From the NCBI GenBank assembly GCA_963664225.1, contig OY760937.1:3104001-3168000 (forward strand): 64,000 bases of DNA. The letters run 5' to 3'. The DNA comes from Verrucomicrobiia bacterium. Its GTDB lineage: Bacteria > Verrucomicrobiota > Verrucomicrobiia > Limisphaerales > UBA1319. The notes beneath the pieces were generated by a model. The model was not told the DNA's origin. It made no database searches and saw only the letters and a program-made list of their open reading frames with translations. Of this stretch, positions 20,201 through 31,927 are shown piece by piece. Positions within the stretch are counted from its first letter, which is position 1, and every line of letters begins with the position of its first letter. A program made the translations under genes and the position numbers.

Positions 20201-20456
20201 CCAGAACCTCCTTGCTCCCAGACACTAACACTTGGTAGGCGGATTGGGACAAGCCCCGCGCGTTGGGCGAAATTGGCTCCAATATCCAGGAGAGGCGAGG
20301 GGAGGTGGAATCAAGGCCTTGTGGATCGACCCGGTATTCGCAGCGCAACTCAACCGGCCGCATCAAACAGGCTGCGGCAGTTGCACTGTGAGCGAATAGC
20401 AGAAGGCACACGGCCGCCAATAAGGCCGGGAGCAGTTTGGATGCGGATTTTTTCAT
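17211..20456 (-). CDS. Alpha-L-rhamnosidase (GH78)
   Basis: Signal peptide; FDMGQNMVGW, PRFTYHGFRFVEV, IPTDCPQRDERQGWLGD, GATTIWELW, MNSGNHVM. Confidence 0.95.
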   Translation of the reverse strand: MKKSASKLLPALLAAVCLLLFAHSATAAACLMRPVELRCEYRVDPQGLDSTSPRLSWILEPISPNARGLSQSAYQVLVSGSKEVLERNAGDLWDSGRVATNQSAQITYAGIPLNSHQACWWKVRVWDAKDQVSGWSAPAYWSMGLLHAADWKAQWIGLDSGLETGAPQTGIDAAHWIWFPEGNPAASAPVGTRFFRRELQFPVGRSIKKAVAFFTADNDFTFFANGVKTGTGNTFQQLIRMDITEQLHAGANVLTVTAGNVGASPNPAGLLGAVRIEFASGEPMILTTDGSWRASDNDKDWQSAMDLGANGMGPWNKIAWVDESRRLPARLLRHEFETQNKIRRATAYMSGLGLSELYINGKKISDDVLSPGLTEYNKRAFYVTHDVTSFVKNGKNAIGVMLGNGRYFSPRLTQPMTTGSYGYPKLLLHLRIENNDGTVQEVVSDETWKLTTEGPIRANNEYDGEEYDARRELPGWATTGFDDGSWQAAQKVEGPAGALMSQSIEPIRVMETLKPKAITEPKPGVFIFDMGQNMVGWCRLTVRGPAGTTVSLRHAETLRDDGTLYLDNIRAAKVTDLYTLKGKGTEVYEPRFTYHGFRFVEVKGFPGKPKLSSIEGKVVHDRIDSVGQFTSSNELLNRIYKNVRWGVRGNYRSIPTDCPQRDERQGWLGDRSAESRGEGYMFNTAALYSKWLRDMADAQQPNGSIPDVAPSYWPIYSDNVTWPSSAVIIPDALYDQYGDLRLIQTHYPAMKQWITHMSGYITNNLMPRDTYGDWCVPPEEQKLIHSQDPKRKTSGEVLGTTYFYHDLRLMARYAKLLGLTEDARQYEERAASMKQAFNAKYLDRARHLYDNGSHTSSVLPLAFGMVPDDERQAVFEHLTNKIEKETGGHIGTGLIGGQWLMRALTAQGRADLALGIATKTEYPSWGYMLEHGATTIWELWNGNTADPAMNSGNHVMLVGDLVIWLYENIAGIAPDSEQPGYAHILMRPVAVEGLDHIAASLKTQRGPVRSEWRKDKGVFTWNVSIPANTTATVCVPAANVTAVSEGGHPATQARGLKFLRMENGAAVFEAGSGRYHFEVGK

Positions 20457-20647
20457 GAGATTTGTGTGTTCCAAAGCATTAAAGATTTATGGGACCCACT
20501 GAACAAGAAAAATTTATTCCATGAGGAACTGTAGGTTCCTGGGGGCGTGTCAGGGAGTTAACAGGCGGCCACGCTGGATTACCGGTCTCCTGACCGGCTT
20601 TATGCCCGTCTTTTATCCGCAAAGCTCTAACACACGACCTGTGCCGC

Positions 20648-21664
20648 TCAACTCTTTTTCGATAGAACTTGGCGCACCCAATCCTGGTGGTCGAGATACC
20701 ATTGGATGGTTTCCCGAATGCCGCGCTCGAAGGTGTAGGCCGGCACCCAGCCCAGGGTGTTTTTTATCTTGGTGGCGTCGATGGCGTAACGCCGGTCGTG
20801 GCCCAGACGGTCGGTGACGAATTTGATGAGTTTTCGCGAATCCCCACCCAATTGCGGTGCCAGTTCGTCGATGGTATCACAGATCAGTTCGACCAGTCGC
20901 AGGTTGGCCCATTCGTTGTGGCCGCCGATATTGTAAGTCTCTCCCAAATTTCCACGCGTCAGCACCTGCCAGAGGGCGTCCGCATGGTCGCGCACATAAA
21001 GCCAGTCGCGCACGTTCATGCCATCTCCGTAAACCGGCACGGGCTTGCGCGCCAGCAGGTTTTGAATGACCACGGGAATGAGCTTTTCGGGAAATTGATA
21101 GGGCCCGTAATTGTTCGAGCAATTAGTGATGACCGATGGCAGGCCGTAGGTGTGGAAATAGGCCCGCACCAGCAGGTCGCTGGAGGCTTTGCTGGCCGAG
21201 TAGGGCGAGTTGGGGGCGTAAGGCGTCGTTTCCGTGAAAAAACCCTCCGCACCCAGGCTGCCATAGACTTCGTCGGTGGAGATGTGATGAAAACGACGGT
21301 CCGCCACGTTTGCACCCCAGTAACCGCGGCAGGCCTCGAGCAGATTGAACGTGCCCACAATATTCGTGTGGATGAAATCGCCCGGGCCGGTGATCGAGCG
21401 GTCCACGTGGGATTCGGCGGCCAGATGCATCACATGGGTGATCTGGTGCCGGGTCACGACGTCGGTGACATCGGCCTTGTTGCGAAGGTCGGCGTTGACG
21501 AAGGTGTATTTTGGATGCCGGCTAACAGCCTCGAGGTTCTCAAGATGCCCCGCATAGGTCAGGCAGTCCAGGTTCACCAGGCGGGTGACTTCGGGCTTGT
21601 CGATGACCTGTTGGATGAGGTTGGAGCCGATGAATCCGGCGCCGCCGGTCACAAGTAAATTCAT
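20648..21664 (-). CDS. rfbB: dTDP-glucose 4,6-dehydratase
   Basis: [63 protein letters not shown]. Confidence 0.96.
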   Translation of the reverse strand: MNLLVTGGAGFIGSNLIQQVIDKPEVTRLVNLDCLTYAGHLENLEAVSRHPKYTFVNADLRNKADVTDVVTRHQITHVMHLAAESHVDRSITGPGDFIHTNIVGTFNLLEACRGYWGANVADRRFHHISTDEVYGSLGAEGFFTETTPYAPNSPYSASKASSDLLVRAYFHTYGLPSVITNCSNNYGPYQFPEKLIPVVIQNLLARKPVPVYGDGMNVRDWLYVRDHADALWQVLTRGNLGETYNIGGHNEWANLRLVELICDTIDELAPQLGGDSRKLIKFVTDRLGHDRRYAIDATKIKNTLGWVPAYTFERGIRETIQWYLDHQDWVRQVLSKKS

Positions 21665-21666
21665 GA

Positions 21667-22605
21667 TCATGTCTGGGGTTTCCACTTCCGCAACGAATCT
21701 TCAATGGCCTCCTGCACCGGCCGGATGCGCACGCCCGCGGCCTGGAGCTTGGAGGTGTCCAGAACGCAATTGGAGCGCGGTGTTTTGGCGGCTGTCTTGT
21801 AAAATTCCGCATCGTCCGCCCAAAACTCGAACGGACGGCCGGGCCGCAGGAATTTCTCGATGGACTGCACCACCTGGCGCGTGGTGACCCAGCCGGGATT
21901 GGTGATGTTGTAGATCCCAAACGGGGCGCGAGCGTCCCAAAGGTCCAGGCAGGCGCGCACGTAATCCGTGCGGTGCGAAATGGCGTTCACGTTGACGTAC
22001 ACCTTGGGATACCGCTGGACCTTCGTGAGATAGTTGCGGGGATTATCGAATTCGTCAAAGGGAATGCGCAGCCGCCAGGTGAACACATGCGGCATGCCGC
22101 TGATCGTCTCCTCGGCCAGCGCCTTGGTGCCGCTGTAAAAGCTGCACGGCGGACGCCGGAACGTGAAATTCGGCTCGTCGGTCTCCAGATAACCCGAAAT
22201 CAGGGACGGATCGCGCTCCCACACGGATCGCGCCTCCGGGGTCATCAGGTCGCGTTCGGCGCGGCCATGGAGCTTCGCGCCGGAATAAATGCAGCCCGAG
22301 GAAACATGGCCGAGGGGGACGCCCGCAGCCAGGCAGGCCGAGGCCAGGGCCTGGGGAAAAAGGGTGTTGCCCTGGAGGGTGTCCGCCCAGGCCAGTTCGC
22401 AGGCATCCACATTGGGCTTGCCGGTGAACCCGGCGGCGTTGATGACGAACTGCGGTTTGCGCGTGCGCAAATAATCCAGCATGACGTCAAAGCGCGTGTA
22501 ATCAACCTGCTTTCTTGACAATGGAATATATGGCCGTTTGCGGGCGTCAAGCTCGCGCGCAAAAGCCTCCCCGATGTAACCGGTGGCACCCAGCAGTATG
22601 ATCAT
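21667..22605 (-). CDS. NDP-4-keto-6-deoxyglucose reductase (RmlD-like SDR), most similar to bifunctional 3,5-epimerase/4-reductase (NRS/ER type)
   Basis: [48 protein letters not shown]. Confidence 0.8.
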   Translation of the reverse strand: MIILLGATGYIGEAFARELDARKRPYIPLSRKQVDYTRFDVMLDYLRTRKPQFVINAAGFTGKPNVDACELAWADTLQGNTLFPQALASACLAAGVPLGHVSSGCIYSGAKLHGRAERDLMTPEARSVWERDPSLISGYLETDEPNFTFRRPPCSFYSGTKALAEETISGMPHVFTWRLRIPFDEFDNPRNYLTKVQRYPKVYVNVNAISHRTDYVRACLDLWDARAPFGIYNITNPGWVTTRQVVQSIEKFLRPGRPFEFWADDAEFYKTAAKTPRSNCVLDTSKLQAAGVRIRPVQEAIEDSLRKWKPQT

Positions 22606-22808
22606 ATTTCTTGTGTCGCACTCCATCCGGTCGAATGACAAGGCAGGTTGCCGGACGCCTCATGCGCCGCCCAATATGGCTCATGTCATCATGCCTCTCA
22701 AGTAAAAGAATATTCCGCGCGGCATGGAGGCGAGATTCCGATTTTTGAAACCTTTGATCCCGTGGTGGGTTGTTTAACCATGATCGTTGCAAAAGAGAAG
22801 GCCACACC

Positions 22809-23765
22809 ATGAGCTTATCCATTGAAAAGGTCGGAAAGCTGTATCGCAACAAAGTCTGGGGCCTGAATGATTTCAGCCTCGAAATCCAGCCCGGGGTGCT
22901 CGGTTTGCTGGGGCCCAACGGCGCGGGAAAATCGACGTTGATGCGCATTCTGGCCACGATCACCCGCTCTACGCGCGGCCGGGTTTCCTGGGAGGGCATG
23001 GACATCGCGCAAAATGCCAATGCCTTACGGAAAGTTCTGGGTTATCTCCCGCAGGATTTTGGAGTATATCCCAATCTGAACGCCGTCGAGTTCCTCGAAT
23101 ACCTGGCCGCCGTGCGCGGATTGGATGGACGCGCGGCCCGCAAACGCATTCAGGCCCTGCTTGAGCTGGTCAATCTGAGCGACGCGTGCCGCCGCCCACT
23201 CGGTGGATTTTCCGGTGGCATGAAACAACGCGTCGGCATTGCCCAGGCCTTGTTGAACGACCCGCGCTTATTAATCGTGGATGAGCCTACCGCCGGGCTG
23301 GATCCCGAGGAACGGGTGCGCTTTCGCAACCTCCTGGCCGAACTCTCCGGCGAGCGCATCGTGATCCTCTCCACGCATATCGTCTCGGATGTGGAAGCCG
23401 TGGCCACGCAAATGGCCATCATTGCCAACGGTCAATTGGTCATTCATGCCACGCCGGAAGCTCTCCTGAAAACCGTGGCGGGAAAAGTCTGGGAATGGGT
23501 CGTGCCGGGCACTGATCTGGCCGCCGCGCAATCAAACCGCCTCGTCAGCGGCTGCACGCGCCGCAGTGATGGCCTCCATCTGCGCGTCGTCTCCCACCAG
23601 CCTCCCGGTCCTGCGGCCCAATGCGTGGCCCCTACGCTCGAAGACGCCTATTTGTTTCAGCTCGCGGCACATCACGACCCGGCAACCGAATCACCATTAA
23701 CCGTGACCGCCTGCGCCATGGTTGATCGGGAGGACGGCCGACTGGTTACGACTGAATCCAGGTAA
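22809..23765 (+). CDS. ABC transporter ATP-binding protein
   Basis: Walker A GPNGAGKST, signature FSGGMKQR, Walker B LLIVDEPT, LSTH. Confidence 0.93.
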   Translation: MSLSIEKVGKLYRNKVWGLNDFSLEIQPGVLGLLGPNGAGKSTLMRILATITRSTRGRVSWEGMDIAQNANALRKVLGYLPQDFGVYPNLNAVEFLEYLAAVRGLDGRAARKRIQALLELVNLSDACRRPLGGFSGGMKQRVGIAQALLNDPRLLIVDEPTAGLDPEERVRFRNLLAELSGERIVILSTHIVSDVEAVATQMAIIANGQLVIHATPEALLKTVAGKVWEWVVPGTDLAAAQSNRLVSGCTRRSDGLHLRVVSHQPPGPAAQCVAPTLEDAYLFQLAAHHDPATESPLTVTACAMVDREDGRLVTTESR

Positions 23766-23853
23766 GCCCTTTGATTTCATTGCGGATTGAAATGATACAC
23801 CAGCCATGCGGGGAATCGCCCTCACAATCCCGACTTAACCTTTTTAACCCAAC

Positions 23854-25473
23854 ATGAAAACCCTGCGCGCACTCTACCATCTGGCTCGCGCTGACTTCCT
23901 CGAACGCGTCCAACGCTACAGCTTTGTGGTGACTCTGCTGGCCGCAACCTATCTCGGACTGGCGGTCGTCTCGGGTGACATCAACCTGCACCTGGCTCAA
24001 TACCGCGGAGTGTTCAACTCCGCCTGGGTCGGCTTGCTGATGACCCTGACCACCACCGTCTTTGTTACGCTGGCGGGTTTTTATCTCGTCAAGAATGCGG
24101 TGGATCGCGACCGCCAGACCGGCGTGGGCCAGATACTCGCCGCCTCGCCCATTAACCGCTTGACGTATCTCCTCGGCAAAACGCTCAGCAATCTGGCCGT
24201 GCTGGGCGCCATTGTCATTGTGCTGGCGCTCGCCGCCGTCCTCACCCAGTTGACGGCGGGCGAGGCAAGGCAGCTTGACCTCTGGGCCTTGCTTTCCCCC
24301 TTTATATTCCTGGCCCTTCCCGCGCTGGTCTTCGTGGCGGGAATGGCGGTGTTCTTTGAAACAGTCCCCTGGTTGCGCGGCGGCTTTGGCAATATCGTAT
24401 ATTTTTTCCTCTGGCTTTTGCTCTTTTGCGGGGGCCTGGAAACTCAAAACGCTTACGCGGACTTCACCGGATTTCAATGGGTCGCTGACAAGGTTGGCGA
24501 TTACCTTCGCCAGACCCAACCCGATTGCGGGAGCGGCATCGGGCTATCCATCGGCGATGGCGATGAAGGCTTTCGCTCGTTTGTTTGGCCGGGGTTCGAT
24601 TGGCTTTCCACGGCCTGGTGGCTGCGTTTATATTGGATCGGCGTTTCATTCGCATTGATTCTTCTGGGCGCGCTCTTTTTCGACCGTTTTGACCCCGCGC
24701 GAACAGGTTCGCGCAAATGGGGCGCAAAACGCGACGGCGCCGGTCTGGCGGCAATGCAGCCCGCACAGCCGGTCTTCAGCACTTCGGAAATGGTCCATGG
24801 CACGATGGGTGTGAACAGGCCGCGATCATCCGCAGGATTCAATACCGCATCGTCGCCCCAACAAGGCTCCGGTTATGCGACGATGCTCCAGGCTGAACTG
24901 CGGTTGATGTTCAAAGGCCAGCCCTGGTGGTGGCATGCCGGGGCCATCATCCTCCTGATCGCCAGCCTGGCCAATCCCTTGGAAAAATCGCGCGAAGAGT
25001 TGCTCCCGTTTGTCTGGCTCTGGCCCGTTTTGCTCTGGTCGCAAATGGGCACTCGCGAAGCCAGGAATAAAACCCATCAACTGCTCTTCAATGCCCCTCA
25101 TTTCCTGACACGGCAATTATCGGTGGTCTGGCTCGCGGGCGTGATTCTGGCACTCGGATCCGGCGCTGGCATCGGCATCCAACTCGTGCTGGCGCACGAT
25201 TGGAGCGGGCTCATGGGCTGGACTGTGGGGGCGCTTTTCATTCCCACCGCCGCCCTCGCCATGGGAGTATGGAGTGGTTCCGGTAAACTGTTTGAAGGCC
25301 TTTTCATGGTCTGCTGGTACATTGGCCCCATCCAAAAGCTTGGCATGCTGAACTTCATGACCACTTCGTCCGCAGCCGTCTCAGCCGGGCTTCCTGTTTT
25401 ATATCTGGTTGCAACGGTCGCATTGCTCGTTGCCGCTCTAATCGGACGACGCCGTCAAATGGAGATGGTTTAA
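23854..25473 (+). CDS. Polytopic membrane protein, probable ABC-2-type permease
   Basis: About 12 TM segments in two halves; directly downstream of the ABC ATPase. Confidence 0.75.
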   Translation: MKTLRALYHLARADFLERVQRYSFVVTLLAATYLGLAVVSGDINLHLAQYRGVFNSAWVGLLMTLTTTVFVTLAGFYLVKNAVDRDRQTGVGQILAASPINRLTYLLGKTLSNLAVLGAIVIVLALAAVLTQLTAGEARQLDLWALLSPFIFLALPALVFVAGMAVFFETVPWLRGGFGNIVYFFLWLLLFCGGLETQNAYADFTGFQWVADKVGDYLRQTQPDCGSGIGLSIGDGDEGFRSFVWPGFDWLSTAWWLRLYWIGVSFALILLGALFFDRFDPARTGSRKWGAKRDGAGLAAMQPAQPVFSTSEMVHGTMGVNRPRSSAGFNTASSPQQGSGYATMLQAELRLMFKGQPWWWHAGAIILLIASLANPLEKSREELLPFVWLWPVLLWSQMGTREARNKTHQLLFNAPHFLTRQLSVVWLAGVILALGSGAGIGIQLVLAHDWSGLMGWTVGALFIPTAALAMGVWSGSGKLFEGLFMVCWYIGPIQKLGMLNFMTTSSAAVSAGLPVLYLVATVALLVAALIGRRRQMEMV

Positions 25474-25607
25474 AATTGGCCCTCGTTGTCCAAGCCTCTT
25501 GCGCCACGCGCCCCATTTTCCCGGAGGCTGGCGTTTCCCCATTTCCATGCAGCCCAACAGCGATTCGCGGAAATATAACCTCTTTGCGCAAGGGCCGCAT
25601 TCGCGCA

Positions 25608-26983
<1,376 letters not shown>

Positions 26984-26989
26984 AGCGAA

Positions 26990-27027
26990 GCCGGGGAAGC
27001 GGCGCGCGAAACGCCGTTTCCCGGTTT
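26990..27027 (+). terminator. Stem-loop between purA and uppS
   Basis: ccggggaagcggcg...cgccgtttcccgg followed by ttt. Confidence 0.45.
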
Positions 27028-27033
27028 GATTCA

Positions 27034-27771
27034 ATGACCGCCCAGAATTCGCAACTCAGCGCCGTTGCACAGGCGAATATTCCCGCCCATGCGGCCATCA
27101 TCATGGACGGCAATGGACGCTGGGCCAAGGAACGCCATCTCCCGCGCGTGGAAGGTCACCGGAGGGGCGTGGAATCCGTGCGCTCCATCGTTCGCGCCGC
27201 GGGTGAATTCGGAATCAAGTATCTCACGCTCTACGCGTTCTCGGTCGAAAACTGGAACCGTCCCAAAGACGAGGTGGACACGTTGATGACCTACCTGGCG
27301 CGTTATCTCAAGAACGAGATTGGCGAACTGCAGAAAAACAACGTTCGGCTGGAGGCCATCGGCCAGATTTACCGCCTGCCGGAATTTGTTCAGGAACAAT
27401 TGGCGAAAACCAAGGCCGCCCTGGCGCGCAACAACGGTCTGACTCTTATTCTGGCCTTGAGCTACGGCGGACGCACCGAGTGGATTGAGGCGGCTCGAAG
27501 CATTGCCGAAGAGGTCAAGAGCGGCGGGATGGAACCGGCGGAAATCAACGAGCACGTCATTTCCCAGCATCTCTACACACGGCATTGGCCCGATCCCGAC
27601 CTGCTCATCCGCACGAGCGGCGAAATGCGCATCAGCAACTTTCTGCTCTGGCAGTGCTCGTATTCGGAATTCGTGGTCGTGCCCACGCTTTGGCCGGATT
27701 TCCGCAAGCCGCAATTGGCGGAGGCCCTGGAGGAATTTGCCCGGCGACATCGCCGTTACGGCGGCGTCTGA
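27034..27771 (+). CDS. uppS: Undecaprenyl-diphosphate synthase (isoprenyl transferase)
   Basis: IIMDGNGRWA, YAFSVENWNRP, ALSYGGR, DLLIRTSGEMRISNFLLWQ. Confidence 0.97.
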   Translation: MTAQNSQLSAVAQANIPAHAAIIMDGNGRWAKERHLPRVEGHRRGVESVRSIVRAAGEFGIKYLTLYAFSVENWNRPKDEVDTLMTYLARYLKNEIGELQKNNVRLEAIGQIYRLPEFVQEQLAKTKAALARNNGLTLILALSYGGRTEWIEAARSIAEEVKSGGMEPAEINEHVISQHLYTRHWPDPDLLIRTSGEMRISNFLLWQCSYSEFVVVPTLWPDFRKPQLAEALEEFARRHRRYGGV

Positions 27772-29921
27772 GCTGTTTGAACGGCACGATTCAAGGCCTC
27801 CAACACTATCCCCGGCGTCAGTAATTCGGGCAACACCTGTGGCGGCAGATCCGTCCGTTTCGGATACACCAACACCATGGGAACCCCGGCGCGACCGAAT
27901 CGGTTCAACTCCTTCGTGATCTCCGCAGGCACCGTCGTGTAGTCCGCCAGCAGCGCGACTGCATTGATCTCCTTGAGCTTGGCCCGAACGGACGGGATTT
28001 CGATGCTCACCTTTTTGTTCACCTGGCAGGTGGCGCACCATTCGGCGGTGAAATCGACAAATACCGGGCGTCCCTGCGATCGGGCCTGAACAACCGCCTC
28101 CGGTGTCCAACGCTGCCAGGCAATGCCTCCGGGCGATTCCTGGAGCGACCCGGACCCACTGGCTTCCTGTGTCACGGGTAAACGCCAATGCAACTGGCCT
28201 TCGAGGACCGTCGCGTAACCGACGAGCAACAGCACTGCGATCACCGAGATCGCGAGTCCCTTGCGTTTGCGTCCGCGCTGGACAAACTCACCGAACACCC
28301 ACGCCGACACAGCGATGATCACCAGAAAAATCCCCAGCCACCAGAACCGGCGTCCATAAAAAATCGGTGCCAATTGAAAGAGCCAGATGGCGGTGGCCAG
28401 CATTGGAAAACCCATCGCCACCTTGAATTTCTCCATCCACGCGCCCGGTTTGGGCATCCAACGCAGCAGGGCCGGATGCCAGCTTAGCAGCACATACGGA
28501 GCCGCAAGGCCCGCGCCAACCGTGAGGAAAACCGCGATGATGATCGTCGCCTGTTGCGTGAACGCAAATCCGAGCGCCGCTCCCAGAAACGGAGCCGTGC
28601 AGGGCGTGGCCAATACCGTGGCCAGAACGCCATTGAAGAACGCGCCCGCCGCGCCCTCGCGTCCCGCCAGTCCACTGGCCGCCTGCGTGACCCTGAAACT
28701 CATCACCACCTCGAACACGCCAAATAAATTCAACGCGATCAAGGTAACCAGAACCGTCAGGGCCACCACAAACATCGGATTTCCAAATTGCATTCCCCAC
28801 CCCGCCTGGTGACCCGCCGCTTTTACGGCCAGAACCATCGCCGCCAGCGCCAGAAACGAGGTCAGCACGCCCGCGCCATAGACCAACCCCAGCAACCGCA
28901 CGCGTCCCGGGTTCTCCTTGCTCTGATTCACGAACCCCAAAACCTTCAAGGCGATGACCGGCAGCACGCACGGCATGATGTTCAAAATCAATCCACCGAT
29001 GAACGCATACAGCAGCCAGGCCAGCAGGGGTTTCTGGTTTTGCGGCGGCAAGGCAGTCGCCTGGATGGCTGCCTTCACTGCGGAGCCCGCCAGTGGCGTC
29101 GGGTGCAGTTCCACCTCGACCCCGTCGTTTGGCACGCCGTTGGTTCCCGCATGGACCATCAAACCCAGGATGCTTTCAGGCCATTGCGCACCGGTTCTTT
29201 CCACCTTCCTCTGCAAACGCACCCGGCCAGCCTCATTAGTCGGCTGCGTGGAGAGGCCGGTTACTTTATAGACGTCGCTCTCGTATGGGAAAAAATCCGC
29301 GGTTGCGGGGAGCCCGTCCGCCTTCCACTCGATATTCAAAAGATGGACGTCGGGAGCCGCGGCAACCGCCCATGAGGCATCCACCTTGATTTCCGCATCG
29401 CGACGGGGCAGACGCGCGCGCCAGGTGTTTATGGCGGGAGCGTCCGGGGAAAGCAATGTATCCGGGCCTATTCGCAATCGCGCCGTCACCTCGCCCTCGC
29501 CAGGGATGCAGGTTTCCTTGCATTCCAGCCACGAAAGCTTGGCGCGAACTTCGATATCCATCCCGGCGGCGTTGGTGGCCATGGTGATCGGCACGAGCAA
29601 CACCACTTCATCGTGATAAATGAAAGTGGTCAGGTCGGAATCGACGATTTTTTCGGGAACCGGCCATTGAATGTTCCCGGCGGTGATCCCGGGAGGCAGC
29701 GTCCATTCCACCTGAATGGGAGCGCCCGAGTCGCCACCGTTGCGCCAATAGGTATGCCAGCCTGGCTCCATGACCAGACGCACCCCTGCAAGGATGGTTT
29801 GCCCCGGCATGGCCTGGGTGTTCTCAAGGAGAAGGCTTGGACGGGTGTGGGGCGCGGCCCCTGCCGGTGCGAGAACACAGGCCAGAACCAGAATCATCAA
29901 TAATTGTAACCGCCATCGCAT
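27756..29921 (-). CDS. dsbD: Thiol:disulfide interchange protein, DsbD family
   Basis: GWHTYWRN and CKETC N-domain, LNIMPCVLP and ATPCTAP TM domain, thioredoxin DFTAEWCATC. Confidence 0.92.
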   Translation of the reverse strand: MRWRLQLLMILVLACVLAPAGAAPHTRPSLLLENTQAMPGQTILAGVRLVMEPGWHTYWRNGGDSGAPIQVEWTLPPGITAGNIQWPVPEKIVDSDLTTFIYHDEVVLLVPITMATNAAGMDIEVRAKLSWLECKETCIPGEGEVTARLRIGPDTLLSPDAPAINTWRARLPRRDAEIKVDASWAVAAAPDVHLLNIEWKADGLPATADFFPYESDVYKVTGLSTQPTNEAGRVRLQRKVERTGAQWPESILGLMVHAGTNGVPNDGVEVELHPTPLAGSAVKAAIQATALPPQNQKPLLAWLLYAFIGGLILNIMPCVLPVIALKVLGFVNQSKENPGRVRLLGLVYGAGVLTSFLALAAMVLAVKAAGHQAGWGMQFGNPMFVVALTVLVTLIALNLFGVFEVVMSFRVTQAASGLAGREGAAGAFFNGVLATVLATPCTAPFLGAALGFAFTQQATIIIAVFLTVGAGLAAPYVLLSWHPALLRWMPKPGAWMEKFKVAMGFPMLATAIWLFQLAPIFYGRRFWWLGIFLVIIAVSAWVFGEFVQRGRKRKGLAISVIAVLLLVGYATVLEGQLHWRLPVTQEASGSGSLQESPGGIAWQRWTPEAVVQARSQGRPVFVDFTAEWCATCQVNKKVSIEIPSVRAKLKEINAVALLADYTTVPAEITKELNRFGRAGVPMVLVYPKRTDLPPQVLPELLTPGIVLEALNRAVQTAQTPP

Positions 29922-30004
29922 GTGGGCATTATACGCCAATGCGGCCGCACTATCCAGAGATTCGATGGGGTCTGTTAGTGGAGGGGTAGTTCATCTAATT
30001 CTGA

Positions 30005-31762
30005 TCAACACCGTTCCCGTTTTTCGCGCAGAGCCTTGCGCAATGCGGGCAGCGACCGGGTGTTCACCACGTCGGCACTGGTCAGCCAACCCTTGCGGGC
30101 CACACCCACGCCCAGTCGCAGAAATTGCGCATGCTCGTTGCGGTGCGCGTCGCAGTTGATCGCGCAGAGCACTCCCTTGGTTTTGGCGTAGGGCCACATC
30201 CGCCAATCCAGATCGTATCGGCGCGGATGCGCGTTCAGCTCGATCCACGTGCCCGTTTCCCCGCAGGCGTCAATCACTGCGTGCTGATTGACGGCATACG
30301 GTTCGCGCTCGAGTAACAACCTCCCGGTGAGATGGCCAATCATGTGCACGAACGGATTCTGGGCCGCACGAATGATGCGTTTGGTCATCTCGGCCTCGTT
30401 TTGAGTAAACCCGCTATGAATGCTCGCGACCACCACATCCAGTTGCGCCAGCAGATCGTCGTCGTAGTCCAATCGTCCGTCGCTCAGAATATCCACCTCC
30501 GCTCCGCTTAGCAGTTGGAACGTTTCGCCCTCATCGCGAAGACGCGCGTTGATGTCGTGAATGGCCTTGATTTGATCGCGTAGCTTCTCTGGCGACAATC
30601 CATTGGCCTGCACCGCCGCCTGGGAGTGGTCGGTGATCGCCCAATAGGAAAAACAATGCTCGCGCATGTGCGTGACGATGTCGTCCAGAACCACCCGGCC
30701 GTCGCTCCAGCTTGAATGATTGTGCAGCGAACCCCGAAGCTGGGTCCACTCGATCAGGCGCGGGATGGTGTCATGTTCGGCAGCTTCGAACTCGCCCTTG
30801 TCCTCGCGCAACTCGGGCGGCACATACGCCAGTCCCAGCTTCTGATAAATCTCCTCCTCGGAGTGGCACGGCTTGAGGAGATTGGGATCGCGGGTTTCCT
30901 GTTGGGACTCGAAGAGGCCGTATTCGTTGAGGCGCAACCCGCGCTGAATCGCGCGCTGTCGCATCACGATATTGTGTTCCTTGCTGCCCGTGAAATAGGC
31001 CAGGGCGAAGGGATACTCCGCATCGCTCACCACGCGCAAATCCGCCTGCAATCCCTTGTCGAGCACCACGCTGGCCTTGGTGTCGCCCTTCGCGCTCACA
31101 CTGATGATGCCCGGCAATGCGGTGAAAAATTCAATAACCGCCGTGGGTTTGGACGAGGAGACCAGAAAATCGACATCCCCGATCAATTCCTTGTTTCGGC
31201 GCAGGCTGCCCGCGATCGAGCAACGGATGACGTTCGGATGCCCTCGCAGCGCTTCGAGCACTGGCTCCGATGCAATCGCGGTCTCTGAAAGCAGGTGTTT
31301 CGAGGCATAACTGCGATGAAACTGAATGCCTTCCAAGATTTTGGCCTGGGATTTTTCGCCGAAACCCTCCAGCGCCGCCACTTTCGAGGCCAGACAGGCC
31401 GCCTCCAGTTTTTCAATGGAATCGATCTTTAAATGGTCGTAGAGGGCTTTGACTTTCTTGGGGCCCAACCCCGGAATGTCGAGCATGGCCGTTAGGCCGG
31501 GGGGTAACGAAGCCTTCAGCTCGTCGTAATAAGCCAGTTTGCCGGTGGTCACCAACTCGGCGATTTTCTTCTCCAGGCTGGCGCCGATCCCCTTGATGCC
31601 GCCGAGGCGGTTCTCCGCCACCAGAGTTTCCAACGGCTCCGACAGTCCGTCCAGCGCCCGGGCGGCGCTCGAATACGCACGGGTCTTGAAGGGATTCTCG
31701 CCCTTCAATTCCAAAAGAGTCCCGATCTCAAGCAAAACATCCGCCACCTGATTCTTATCCAT
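30005..31762 (-). CDS. polX: DNA polymerase X / PHP-domain 3'-5' exonuclease
   Basis: GENPFKTRAY, HhH motifs, AGSLRR, GDVDFL, YFTGSKEHN; PHP motifs HNHS, ITDHS, NCDAH. Confidence 0.95.
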   Translation of the reverse strand: MDKNQVADVLLEIGTLLELKGENPFKTRAYSSAARALDGLSEPLETLVAENRLGGIKGIGASLEKKIAELVTTGKLAYYDELKASLPPGLTAMLDIPGLGPKKVKALYDHLKIDSIEKLEAACLASKVAALEGFGEKSQAKILEGIQFHRSYASKHLLSETAIASEPVLEALRGHPNVIRCSIAGSLRRNKELIGDVDFLVSSSKPTAVIEFFTALPGIISVSAKGDTKASVVLDKGLQADLRVVSDAEYPFALAYFTGSKEHNIVMRQRAIQRGLRLNEYGLFESQQETRDPNLLKPCHSEEEIYQKLGLAYVPPELREDKGEFEAAEHDTIPRLIEWTQLRGSLHNHSSWSDGRVVLDDIVTHMREHCFSYWAITDHSQAAVQANGLSPEKLRDQIKAIHDINARLRDEGETFQLLSGAEVDILSDGRLDYDDDLLAQLDVVVASIHSGFTQNEAEMTKRIIRAAQNPFVHMIGHLTGRLLLEREPYAVNQHAVIDACGETGTWIELNAHPRRYDLDWRMWPYAKTKGVLCAINCDAHRNEHAQFLRLGVGVARKGWLTSADVVNTRSLPALRKALREKRERC

Positions 31763-31927
31763 TCCATCGATAGTTTGAATCCAAAAACCCGTCCACGCAA
31801 GCCGCGCGTGACTCAACCGGACGCAGCGGGCGCAGAACAATATTTCGATGTATTAGGTTGGTTTTGCGGCAACGGTGGAACCAGCGTGCGGGGCTCGCGG
31901 CCCTCCGGTTTCGCTCATGCACCTTCT

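Noticed and set aside
30005..31762. Catalytically altered PolX
   Set aside because: The GDVD and downstream Asp ligands and the PHP histidines appear intact, so this is an ordinary PolX.
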